Assembly (NCBI GenBank): GCA_963663865.1
Contig: OY760686.1
Span: forward strand, 1,472,001-1,536,000
Source: Spirochaetota bacterium
Lineage (GTDB): Bacteria; Spirochaetota; UBA4802; UBA5550
DNA length: 64,000 nt
Direction: 5' to 3'
The position numbers were made by a program, and so were the translations under genes. Below are positions 49,140 through 58,594 of the stretch, piece by piece (within the stretch, counting starts at the first letter, position 1; every line of letters begins with the position of its first letter). The notes below the pieces were generated by a model, which was not told the origin of the DNA, searched no databases, and saw only the letters and a program-made list of their open reading frames with translations.

Positions 49140-50150
49140 TCAAGGAGTTTTGACTAAATTCTGTTCATTCTCAAAAAGGCCGCATACGCTTTTTACAGCA
49201 TGGGCGTAGGCTTCGTCAAAGCTGAGATTTGATTTGAAACCGGCGGCGTTTTTGTGCCCTCCGCCGCCGTTGGCCATAGCGATTTCGGCCACGTTGTAGT
49301 CGCCTTTTGTCCGCATGCTGATTTTTACCGGGCCTTCATAGTCCTGTTTCACGAGCAGGCTCGCTCTGACGCCCTTAACTGTCAGGGGAAGGTTAATCGC
49401 GGATTCACCTTCAACGAAAGCCGCATGAGAGTCGTGAAGCATATCGCGTGTCAGTTTGAGAGCTATGACTTTGCCGCCCGCCAGAACCTCCATGCTTGAC
49501 AGAATGCGGCTTCTAAGTTCAAAGCTGGAGAGCGTGTTGCTTTCGTAAAGGTGCTCGTAGCAGAGAAAGGGGTCTGCTCCCATCTCCATGCAGTGGGCTG
49601 CTATTCGGTAAGTCCAGGCCGAGGTTTTGGGATAGCGGAAAGAGCCCGTGTCAAAGAGCATTCCTGTGTAGATAGCCTGGGCCGATTTAAATGAAAGAGG
49701 CTTTTTGTAGTACTGTATAATGTCATAGATTATTTCGCTTGCAGAAGAGGCCTCAACCTTGATGAAATTTTTCTCGAATTTGTTGCGGTCTCCCTCATGG
49801 TGGTCGATTATGAAAAGACCTGAAACCTTCGAGCTGAAATATGAGTGTGCAGCTCCGATGTTTTCATAGTCGTTTGTATCCAGAACGAATTGAGCATAGC
49901 CTTCTATGTTGTATTTGCCGGGATTTTCTCTGTCGTAGATGTTGATTTCGTTTTCAACGTCTATGAACTTAACCGTTTCTGGGACAGGATCCGAGTTTAT
50001 TATAATTGATATCTTCCCGAGTGAACGGAGAAGCTCATTAAAGGCTATTTCGGCCCCAAGGCCGTCAGCGTCGGGGCTCTCATGAGTTGAAATCACGAAT
50101 TTGTCGTACTTCTGAAGATATTCGTCTAGTTTAATAAATCCGGATTCCAT
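49140..50150 (-). CDS. nrnA: DHH/DHHA1 oligoribonuclease / pAp phosphatase (NrnA-like)
   Basis: HESPDADG, IDHH, DTGSF, SMRT, GGGHKNAAG. Confidence 0.9.
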   Translation of the reverse strand: MESGFIKLDEYLQKYDKFVISTHESPDADGLGAEIAFNELLRSLGKISIIINSDPVPETVKFIDVENEINIYDRENPGKYNIEGYAQFVLDTNDYENIGAAHSYFSSKVSGLFIIDHHEGDRNKFEKNFIKVEASSASEIIYDIIQYYKKPLSFKSAQAIYTGMLFDTGSFRYPKTSAWTYRIAAHCMEMGADPFLCYEHLYESNTLSSFELRSRILSSMEVLAGGKVIALKLTRDMLHDSHAAFVEGESAINLPLTVKGVRASLLVKQDYEGPVKISMRTKGDYNVAEIAMANGGGGHKNAAGFKSNLSFDEAYAHAVKSVCGLFENEQNLVKTP

Positions 50151-50165
50151 CTGAAGATGTCCTCA

Positions 50166-51044
50166 TCATCCCTTCAAAAGGGGATGACCCATGGATTCCC
50201 TTATATTTACATACTGCTCTGCGCAGCGTCTTGCTATATTCCTGACTCTGGCAATATAGCCAACCCTTTCAGTTACAGAAATGGCTCCTCGGGCGTCGAG
50301 CATATTGAAAGCATGTGAGCATTTGAGAACAAAGTCATATGCCGGCAGGACCAGATCGATGTTACCATTATCGAGAATTGACAGACATTCCTTTTCGTAG
50401 AGATCAAACAGTTTAAAGTAGAGTGAAGTGTCGGCAATATTGAAATTGTAGTGTGAAAACTCAAATTCGCTTCTGTGATGGACATCTCTATATGAAAGCC
50501 TGTCGTTCCATTTAATGTCGAATACGCTGTCCACGCCCTGAATAAACATGCAGATGCGCTCAAGCCCGTAGGTCAACTCTGCAGTTACCGGAGAGAGCTC
50601 AATGCTGCCGCACTGCTGAAAGTAGGTGAACTGAGTAATTTCCATTCCATTGAGCCATACTTCCCAACCGAGTCCTGCTGCGCCGAGGGTCGGGGACTCC
50701 CAGTCGTCTTCAACAAACCTGACATCGTGCTCTTTAAGGTCAATGCCCAGGAATCTGAGTGAGTCGAGATACATGTCCTGAATATCAGCCGGTGAGGGTT
50801 TCATGACAACCTGATACTGGTAGTAGTGCTGCAGCCTGTTCGGATTATCGCCGTAGCGTCCGTCTGTGGGTCTTCTTGACGGCTCAACATAGGCCGCGTT
50901 CCAGGGCTCAGGCCCAAGAACCCGAAGAAAAGTTGATGGATTAAAGGTTCCGGCGCCAACTTCCAGATCGTATCCCTGTATGACTGCACAACCGCGAGCG
51001 GCCCAGTATTCGTTTAGCTTCGATATTAGTTCCTGAAAAAACAT
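50166..51044 (-). CDS. glyQ: Glycine--tRNA ligase alpha subunit
   Basis: [53 protein letters not shown]. Start placed at ATG 51044. Confidence 0.97.
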   Translation of the reverse strand: MFFQELISKLNEYWAARGCAVIQGYDLEVGAGTFNPSTFLRVLGPEPWNAAYVEPSRRPTDGRYGDNPNRLQHYYQYQVVMKPSPADIQDMYLDSLRFLGIDLKEHDVRFVEDDWESPTLGAAGLGWEVWLNGMEITQFTYFQQCGSIELSPVTAELTYGLERICMFIQGVDSVFDIKWNDRLSYRDVHHRSEFEFSHYNFNIADTSLYFKLFDLYEKECLSILDNGNIDLVLPAYDFVLKCSHAFNMLDARGAISVTERVGYIARVRNIARRCAEQYVNIRESMGHPLLKG

Positions 51045-51159
51045 ATTCCACCCGATTAAATCATTTATGCCGGCAATATGCCGCAAGACACAGAGATTTT
51101 CTCTTCTGACTGGATATACGTCAAGTAAATAACTTGCTGTAAATGGCTCCGGGAACCTG

Positions 51160-52656
51160 TCAGGACTGAGATTCGTAGCTTTCTTTTAAGGTGCTGTGAA
51201 GCTTTTCAAACTGGGTTTTGCTGTTCAGGTTGAGATAATCGAGAACGTCTTCATCGATAAAGTCGAATCTGAACCTGCGTGACTCAATTTCGACAAGGCA
51301 GTCGGCAATGTATATTGTGTAGATAAGCTGCTTCAGGTTGTCCGGAGCGAGGTGGGGCCTTCTGTTCAATTCAATGGCGGTAATAAGCGCGTCGTTGAAA
51401 CGCCACTTTTTGACGATAAGTGAGCCGAGAGTGCTGTGACTGAGTCCGAGTGAAATCTCTTCGAGGAGATTCGTGTCTTCCAGGCCCTTATATCCTGCGA
51501 TCTGTTTTAGCTTTTCCTGGAGCTTTTCGTCGATTGAAAGAAGCACAATCTTGCCAATGTCTGCGAGAAGAGCGCCCAGGTAAGCGAATTCGCTGTTTTT
51601 GCTCTGATGAGAGTGGAGTGAAAGCTTCTGAGCGTAGAACGCTCTTTTGTACGAGGTTTTACGGATAGCCTCGTAGCGCTTGTACCTTGAGTCCATAATA
51701 TTAAAAGCGCCTGAAGCGACAAGCAGGGTGTTTATTCCCTTAATGCCTATCTTCATGACTGCTTCTTCTATTGTGTCTACCTTCCTGATGGTCAGATAAC
51801 CCGCTGAATTTGCGAGCTTGAGTATGGATGTTGTCAGGGCGGGGTCACGCGAAATATGCTCTGAAATCTCTTTTATCGTAACGTCAGGTGAGGTGCAAAG
51901 CTTCTGAATGGCTGCTATGTTTTCAGGGAATGCAGGTATCTCATCAATTTCTTTGACAAGCTTCTCTGTAATCTCAACGTTCTTTTCTTTTTTTACAAGA
52001 TTCTGAGGAATGGATAGAGTCGCTATTGTGCGGTCATCCTTTCTGAATATCTTGAACGAGTCGGGTCCCAGGCCTGTATTCTTGCACAGCATCATTGCCA
52101 TGATGAGTCCCAGCCCCGCGCCTTCTGATTCATCGAGAACATCTTCAAAAGCGTCAGAGATATCCTTGTATTTGTAAGCCTTTGATATCCTTGACTGAAT
52201 CTTTTTAAGCTCAGCTTCAAGTATCTCAATGTTGTTAATTACGCTGAGGTGAATCTGCTCCCCGAATGTCTTGAATGCAACCCTGACGACAAAATTTGAG
52301 TTTTTGAGCTTTTCAAGGAAATTCTGCTCATCGTCGTGGTAGGCCTCCTGCTTGAAGTGCTCCATGCCGTTTCTATAGTCTTCGGTTTTGCTGATGTCAA
52401 GGCCCTTGAGTTTGAAATAGAGTCTCTTGAGGTTTGCCTTGATAGCGTTGTTTATGAGTTCTTTGGCAACGGATATTACAGTATCCTTGATATAGAGAAT
52501 GTCATATTCTTCGAGGTACCGGTGTATAATTCTTATTATAAGAGCTTCTACTGAGGGAGTCAGCGTATTAAACTGAATGTAGAAATCTTCATTGTTTTTA
52601 ATAGCTTCCTTGTAGTCGGCTGGTTTGATTATAAAGTCGGGAGAAGATTCAGTCAA
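51160..52656 (-). CDS. HDOD-domain protein with an N-terminal atypical GHKL-like domain
   Basis: HDOD motifs [32 protein letters not shown]-terminal [11 protein letters not shown]...[12 protein letters not shown] start preceded by AGGAG. Confidence 0.85.
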   Translation of the reverse strand: MTESSPDFIIKPADYKEAIKNNEDFYIQFNTLTPSVEALIIRIIHRYLEEYDILYIKDTVISVAKELINNAIKANLKRLYFKLKGLDISKTEDYRNGMEHFKQEAYHDDEQNFLEKLKNSNFVVRVAFKTFGEQIHLSVINNIEILEAELKKIQSRISKAYKYKDISDAFEDVLDESEGAGLGLIMAMMLCKNTGLGPDSFKIFRKDDRTIATLSIPQNLVKKEKNVEITEKLVKEIDEIPAFPENIAAIQKLCTSPDVTIKEISEHISRDPALTTSILKLANSAGYLTIRKVDTIEEAVMKIGIKGINTLLVASGAFNIMDSRYKRYEAIRKTSYKRAFYAQKLSLHSHQSKNSEFAYLGALLADIGKIVLLSIDEKLQEKLKQIAGYKGLEDTNLLEEISLGLSHSTLGSLIVKKWRFNDALITAIELNRRPHLAPDNLKQLIYTIYIADCLVEIESRRFRFDFIDEDVLDYLNLNSKTQFEKLHSTLKESYESQS

Positions 52657-52710
52657 AATATAGCTCCTATAGGGCGTTAATATAGTTTATTTGCTGCAAA
52701 TTTTATTTGT

Positions 52711-55641
52711 TCAAAGGAAATAATCAAGTGTTTTACGGTCTGAAGCTGCGTATCCCATTAAATTAATCCCAAAACCAAAGAAAACCTGATTTTCGCCTCC
52801 GCTCTGGAGGCCCCTTGCATAACCGATATAGCCGAATGAATCGACATTGTAGCCCAGTGTCAGATTAGCGTAGAGCTGTACTCCTGCGCTCACCTTTGTT
52901 TCAGAAAAATCCAGCCTGCTTGACCATACATTGCCTGATTCGGCAAAGAGCTTAATCCACAGGTCCCTGAACATGAGCGGGAAGTTCCCCGAGGCCAGAT
53001 CCATCTGGATGAGCGGGAAACGGTATTCCAGAAAGCCGGCTGCTATATAGTCGCCCGTCATGTCAGCTGAGGCCGGATAACCTCTTATTCCGAACACGTC
53101 TTCAATAGCGGAGGGCCCTACAACGGCCCCTGAAGCGTATTTTCCCAGATAAAAGCCGTCTTCCCCGGCCGGCCTGGAAAAAAAGCCGCCGCCTCTGATG
53201 TTCAGAGCCACAACGTGATTCAACGCGAAACCGGGCAGATACTCATAGTACTCACCCGCGGCCTTGCCAAAGTTATTATCGGAAGAAATAGTGCGGTTAT
53301 AAATATTTCCGAATAAAAGAAATCTTTTTCCGTTTTCAGGTGAGATTGAATAGGTATAGGCCTCATCGCCCATATATGAAAAAGAGCACTGAACAAAGGA
53401 CTCGTTGGCCAATGTGGTCGTTTTTGTATCCTGATAATAGCGGTCGGTGTATTTTTTATTGTAGAAGTACGATAGAGACAGCCTGGAATCACAGTCAATC
53501 TCCCTGAACGGCAGAGCCATCGAAGCGTAGGCCATTCGGTAGCGCTTTCGTGAAACGGCTGAGTCAGTTTCCGGCTCCGACCAGGGAAAGCGATCCCGGC
53601 CGGCAATAAGAGTGCTGTCGGCGAAGCCCCCGGTCAGGTCGGGATAGAGCCCGGAATAGGTATAGTACATGTTTACCAGGGCTCTGCGCTGTTCAAAGTA
53701 GTACGCGCCCGCGAGCCCGTAAGAGTGTCTGTATAGAACATCATAGGCGTAAGTAGAGAAGGAAAGAAAGCTGTCATATCCTCCGGGGTATACCTCAACC
53801 GCGTCAATGCCGAAGGATGGCAAAGCGAATTGCGGCAGCGCCGAAGGAAAGGGGGAGTAAGGCCTGTCAGTGATATGTTCCAACTCAGGGGAGGATGTGG
53901 ACTCACCGAAGTAGTCTCCGGCAAGGGGCCGGGACTCAGCTTTTATGGAAGAGTAAGCCTTCCGCGGATATGGTGAAACCGCAAGGCTGAATCCGTCCGG
54001 GTGATACGAGGAGTAGACCACACCTCCTCCCGAGTCAATCACTCCGGGATGGAACGCGCCGCCGATCAGATTTGTAATTCGGGAAATGGTGCCCGTATCA
54101 GGGTTGTATTCATGCAAATTGTAAACGCCGTTGGAGTCGGCAGAGAACAGTACGCGCCTTCCGTCAGGGTGAAAGGCAGGATGAATGCAGCTGAAAGGGG
54201 CCTTCAGCGACTGCGCTGTTTTGTCAGTGAGGTCTATCAAGGCAATCGAGGCCTCCGGCCGGCCCTTTCTGTATGACAGCACGGCCCTTTTCCCGTCGGG
54301 GGAATAGCGGCAGAAGGAAAGCTGAACCGAGCTGTCTTTGAGAATATAGGTTGTCTTGGTGAAGTCAGCCGGAGATTCGCAAAGCGAGTATTTTCCAGCT
54401 GAGGAAGTGATATAAAGAACCCTTGATCCGTCAGGGCTTGTGTCAAGGTGGCTGATCCTTTTTCCCCCGGTGAGCCTGTTGTAGTCGCCGGAAAAGCTGT
54501 ACGCCTCTCCGAAGATGCTGAAGTTTTTGTATACCGCGGCATCGGCAACGAACACAGAGCCGTCCGGCGCAGCCGAGAGGCAAAGAGGCGCGTACAGCTT
54601 GCAGTGTTCCTTCCATCCGCTGCCGTCGGTGTTGACTGAGACCAGCTTTGTGTAGCTCCGCTGTGACTGTTCAGCGTAGTATACACGGCCGTCAGGCCCG
54701 GCTATGGGCATTAGCGCCATTGTCGACTCGGGCGATATAACAGTTTCTGCGCTGAGGCCGTCGGCTTTGATTCTGTCGATTATTTCTCTATTTGACCTGA
54801 AGATGTCATTTTTCCATTCATCCCAGAGCGTTGGGAATCTCTTTCTGAAAACTTCCCTCGAGTTCCAGCACAGCATGTACGGAATCAGGTTGTCTGAATT
54901 AGCCTCAAATATCTGCGCTGACTTTCCCTTGCCGTACTTTCTGTCAAGAAATTCGAGAAAACGGCCGCCGTAGATATAGGGCACACGTCCAGCCGGCCAC
55001 TCTCTGGGGAAGACTGCCGCCTTGCTCATGTCCTTGAACCTGTCTGAATAGACCTCTGTTCTGATAATCATGTCGGCGTAGCTGCTGTTGTTCCGGCCGT
55101 GTTTGCCGTCCATGGATTCATTGAAAACAGCGTTTCCTTCAATGAGCCACATGGGCTGAAAGATGCCCGGGAAGAATATCCGCCCGGGGAAGACACGTGA
55201 AAGGGAGATACATCCCGTAATCATGTCGAGGTTGAGGATATGAGTGTATTCATGGGTGAAAACTGTCTCTATCCAGTCGCTCGAGTTGTGAAGCACAGAG
55301 TCCGGACCCGGCGCTGAGGCGTATATCTCAATGCGGTTTACGGGAAATGGTGTCGCGCTTCCGTTTGACCAGTCGGTGTTGTCGACAACCACCACTTCAG
55401 TTTTAGCGGAAGGCGTCCATCCGGCAAGGGGGGCGAGCTTTTCGTGAGTGCGCTCCGCGATAACCGCTGTTTTGAGCGCCATTTCCTTCAGCCCCTGGTG
55501 GAAGTGAATGCGGAAATGGGCTGTTTCAATAGTGCGCCATTCGAGAGATGGACTGTAGATGTTTGCCGCAAAAAGGGAGCCTGCAGCAATAACAGCTCCC
55601 AGAAAGGTGAGGATTCTGAGCGGTGTGCTTATGATGTTCAT
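52711..55641 (-). CDS. Outer-membrane protein: HExxH (peptidase MA-like) domain + TolB-like propeller + Omp85/BamA-type barrel
   Basis: Signal peptide, WRTIETAHF, THEYTH...WLIEG, PD40-like repeats (SPDG, HPDG), barrel motifs IRGYP and EYRFPL. Confidence 0.75.
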   Translation of the reverse strand: MNIISTPLRILTFLGAVIAAGSLFAANIYSPSLEWRTIETAHFRIHFHQGLKEMALKTAVIAERTHEKLAPLAGWTPSAKTEVVVVDNTDWSNGSATPFPVNRIEIYASAPGPDSVLHNSSDWIETVFTHEYTHILNLDMITGCISLSRVFPGRIFFPGIFQPMWLIEGNAVFNESMDGKHGRNNSSYADMIIRTEVYSDRFKDMSKAAVFPREWPAGRVPYIYGGRFLEFLDRKYGKGKSAQIFEANSDNLIPYMLCWNSREVFRKRFPTLWDEWKNDIFRSNREIIDRIKADGLSAETVISPESTMALMPIAGPDGRVYYAEQSQRSYTKLVSVNTDGSGWKEHCKLYAPLCLSAAPDGSVFVADAAVYKNFSIFGEAYSFSGDYNRLTGGKRISHLDTSPDGSRVLYITSSAGKYSLCESPADFTKTTYILKDSSVQLSFCRYSPDGKRAVLSYRKGRPEASIALIDLTDKTAQSLKAPFSCIHPAFHPDGRRVLFSADSNGVYNLHEYNPDTGTISRITNLIGGAFHPGVIDSGGGVVYSSYHPDGFSLAVSPYPRKAYSSIKAESRPLAGDYFGESTSSPELEHITDRPYSPFPSALPQFALPSFGIDAVEVYPGGYDSFLSFSTYAYDVLYRHSYGLAGAYYFEQRRALVNMYYTYSGLYPDLTGGFADSTLIAGRDRFPWSEPETDSAVSRKRYRMAYASMALPFREIDCDSRLSLSYFYNKKYTDRYYQDTKTTTLANESFVQCSFSYMGDEAYTYSISPENGKRFLLFGNIYNRTISSDNNFGKAAGEYYEYLPGFALNHVVALNIRGGGFFSRPAGEDGFYLGKYASGAVVGPSAIEDVFGIRGYPASADMTGDYIAAGFLEYRFPLIQMDLASGNFPLMFRDLWIKLFAESGNVWSSRLDFSETKVSAGVQLYANLTLGYNVDSFGYIGYARGLQSGGENQVFFGFGINLMGYAASDRKTLDYFL

Positions 55642-56059
55642 TCCCGGGTTCCGCCTCCTGGAATATAATTCTGTGTCTGCTGTGCCAGTATTAAAGCTGA
55701 ATACCGCGGCAAGAGCCTGATACTTGAGCAGGACATTTTCTATGACACTTTACATAAATAATGTATTCGATTACAATCCAATCTTCAGGTCAATTGTAAA
55801 AAAACGAGCAGTTCAGTGAGTTAAGAAAAAATCATTTTTGGGTTGAATAAAAACAGTCTTTTTAACTATTTGTACCTGGACGGGTGGCAGGTAGCGGTTT
55901 TATCCGGCCCACCAATATTCATTCATTTTCTTAATTTGAATTGACATTCACATATTACGGGTTTATCGGTAGCAAGGTGCTTCCTGAGCCGATGTTGCCC
56001 GGGATGATGAATCTGCTAAATTCTAATATCGGAATTTTTACGCCTTATGGAGTTCGTCA

Positions 56060-56503
56060 ATGCCCAGAGATGATTTTCCCAATCTAAATACAAAGACTCC
56101 CGACGGATTGAGACCGGGCGGGAAGCCTTACAGAGTGATAGTAGCTGAAAGCAGAGATTTTCAGAGGAAGCTTATCGTTCAGATACTTGAGTCAGAACAG
56201 TATCATGTCGTGGCACAGGCCGAAAACGGACGCGATGCGCTGAACAAGCTTGATGCCCTCGATAAGCCTGTTGATCTGATAACGACTGAGCTTGACATGC
56301 CGGTTCTTGACGGATACGCTATGCTGTATGAGCTCAATCAGCGTTCATCCAGGCCGATAGTTGTTTTTGTCAGCGAAGAGACAACAAAGGGAGTCATGCA
56401 GGATCTGATCAAGATGGGAATATCAGATTATATTCTGAAACCCATTGACCGCAGGGTTTTTCTTGAAAGGCTTAAAAATGTGATAAAAAGGCATAATATT
56501 TAA
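56060..56503 (+). CDS. Single-domain CheY-like receiver (spirochaete type with N-terminal extension); phosphoacceptor replaced by Glu
   Basis: YRVIVAES...AENG...DLITTELDMPVLDG...FVS...DYILKP. Confidence 0.85.
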   Translation: MPRDDFPNLNTKTPDGLRPGGKPYRVIVAESRDFQRKLIVQILESEQYHVVAQAENGRDALNKLDALDKPVDLITTELDMPVLDGYAMLYELNQRSSRPIVVFVSEETTKGVMQDLIKMGISDYILKPIDRRVFLERLKNVIKRHNI

Positions 56504-56538
56504 GGCCTGCTGCTGGCGGTCCGGGGAAATGGTGCAAT

Positions 56539-57621
56539 ATGTCCGATGTTTTAAAATCAGCTGCTGATACTCTGGCAGAGCAGACCCGCAAGCTGGATAT
56601 CGCTGTTCATTTTACTCACGGCGACACGGAAAAGGCAAAAAAAATGATCGCCGGCGCTTACAGGGATATTTTTGCGATCAAAGTGCGTTTTTTTTCCTCC
56701 TCGCTTTCGGGAGCTTTCCTCATTTTCTTTCATCCCGAATACCTCCAGGTCATGAACATATTTGTTCTCGTCACCTCCTCTTTCTCCATAGAGGATCTTA
56801 AGACGAATATCGACTGGAGAACCTTTGAAAAACAGCTCAAGGAGATTCAGGATGAGGGCCAGTATGACCAGGTTCTTTGCAACCATGCCAGAGAGGAAAT
56901 TGTACATTCCCTTGACACTCTTGCCCTTGCGGAGATAAAAAAGCTAATCGACCTCAATGACGCCATCGCTCTCAATCACAGATTTAAAAAAGTCGCTGAA
57001 TCCAAGCTCGGGTATCAGCAGATAAAAATCAGTGTCGATGTCGAACCGACATCCTCGCTTGACATGGAAGTCTACTCCATTACCGGGAAAAAAATCGATC
57101 CGAAAGACCTCCAGAAGCCTCAAACCGAAGAACAGGGAGAGGGAAAAGCAGAGCCTGAAAACCCTGAAGATGTTCTTTCCGGCAGGGAGATTAAGCTTGT
57201 AGTGAACGCGAGCCTTATCCTGTCGCCGATCAAGGGCAAGGATGTGTCGCAGCTTTCAGAAGGGGAGAGGGTAAAAATCAAGCTTGTCGACAAAACCCCC
57301 AAGTCTGTTCAGCTCGCGAAGGCATTTAACGCCTATGATGAAGAGAGCGGGGCGTTCTCGGCCATAACCGGGAGAATTGTATCAATCAAACACGATCCGG
57401 CAGGCGGATACAGGATTAACGCTGTCGTTGCCAAAGGAATATACGCGAAGATATACGAAGAGGAAGAGAATATCAAAGTCGCTATTGATGACAGCGGGGC
57501 GGCCGCGCTTGCGAAGGCTCAGAGCGCGTCTTCCGCTAAGATCAGTCCGGTCTGGATGATTGCTACCGGCGCCTGCGTGCTTCTTCTGCTTGGAACAGTG
57601 ATTTACTTTCTTTTGAAATAG
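56539..57621 (+). CDS. Conserved hypothetical protein with a C-terminal membrane anchor
   Basis: 360-aa ORF, ILSPIKG segment, hydrophobic C-terminal helix. Confidence 0.75.
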   Translation: MSDVLKSAADTLAEQTRKLDIAVHFTHGDTEKAKKMIAGAYRDIFAIKVRFFSSSLSGAFLIFFHPEYLQVMNIFVLVTSSFSIEDLKTNIDWRTFEKQLKEIQDEGQYDQVLCNHAREEIVHSLDTLALAEIKKLIDLNDAIALNHRFKKVAESKLGYQQIKISVDVEPTSSLDMEVYSITGKKIDPKDLQKPQTEEQGEGKAEPENPEDVLSGREIKLVVNASLILSPIKGKDVSQLSEGERVKIKLVDKTPKSVQLAKAFNAYDEESGAFSAITGRIVSIKHDPAGGYRINAVVAKGIYAKIYEEEENIKVAIDDSGAAALAKAQSASSAKISPVWMIATGACVLLLLGTVIYFLLK

Positions 57622-57625
57622 TCTC

Positions 57626-58402
57626 TTATTTAACCATTCTCATCGGCAGGCCCCGTGAGGATAGCAGCTCTTTAACTTCTTTTATTGTATGCTCTCTGAA
57701 ATGAAATATTGAGGCGGCAAGAACCGCGTCAGCCTTACCGTCTGTCAGGCCTTCGTACATGTGCTCAATGTTTCCGACTCCGCCGGAGGCTATCACAGGG
57801 ATGTCAACCGCGCTGGAAACCTCGCTCGTAAGCTCAATGTCGTAGCCGGCCTTTGTGCCGTCCCTGTCCATGCTCGTAAGGAGTATTTCGCCCGCGCCCA
57901 GATCGCGCGCTCGCTTTGCCCACTCAACCGCGTCCAGTTCGGTAGGAGTACGGCCCCCGTGCAGGTAGACAGTCCATCCCCCCCCCGAATTTTTCTTTGC
58001 GTCAATTGCCACGAGGATACACTGGGAACCGAACTTTTCGGCTGATTCGGTAATGAGCCGGGGGTTCTCAACGGCCGAGGTGTTGATAGATACCTTGTCG
58101 GCCCCGTTCTCAAGAATCATACGGACATCATCGACGGTGCGTATGCCGCCGCCTACGGTGAAAGGAATGTGAACTGTTTCAGCGACATTCTTGACCATGT
58201 CGAGGATGATGGCCCTTCTGTCCGACGAAGCTGTGATGTCAAGAAATACAAGCTCGTCCGCGCCCTCTGCGTCGTAAAATTTGCCGTTTTCAACGGGGTC
58301 TCCCGCGTCAATAAGGTTGAGAAAGTTTATTCCTTTGACTACGCGTCCGTCCTTGACGTCGAGGCAGGGTATTATTCTTTTAGCAAGCATTGCGTTCTCC
58401 AT
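57626..58402 (-). CDS. hisF: Imidazole glycerol phosphate synthase cyclase subunit
   Basis: RIIPCLDV...[40 protein letters not shown]. Confidence 0.98.
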   Translation of the reverse strand: MENAMLAKRIIPCLDVKDGRVVKGINFLNLIDAGDPVENGKFYDAEGADELVFLDITASSDRRAIILDMVKNVAETVHIPFTVGGGIRTVDDVRMILENGADKVSINTSAVENPRLITESAEKFGSQCILVAIDAKKNSGGGWTVYLHGGRTPTELDAVEWAKRARDLGAGEILLTSMDRDGTKAGYDIELTSEVSSAVDIPVIASGGVGNIEHMYEGLTDGKADAVLAASIFHFREHTIKEVKELLSSRGLPMRMVK

Positions 58403-58594
58403 GAAAGGCTGATGGAACTAATCTGAAGGCTGTGTTGATTTGCGCAATAATAATTTTATTGATGATGATTTGTGAAAAAAAAGTGTTTTTTCAGTAATTA
58501 AAAAAATTTTGTTTATTTTTTCTGCCAATACACACATAGTCCATAAAAGCAGATATCAATATAAAATGATAATTAAAGACCTCAGGAGGACTTG

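Noticed and set aside
57978-57986. G9 tract in hisF (and G8 at 42610-42617 in rnfB) as phase-variation sites
   Set aside because: Both genes are in frame and the tracts encode Gly-rich loops in housekeeping proteins; there is no evidence of switching.
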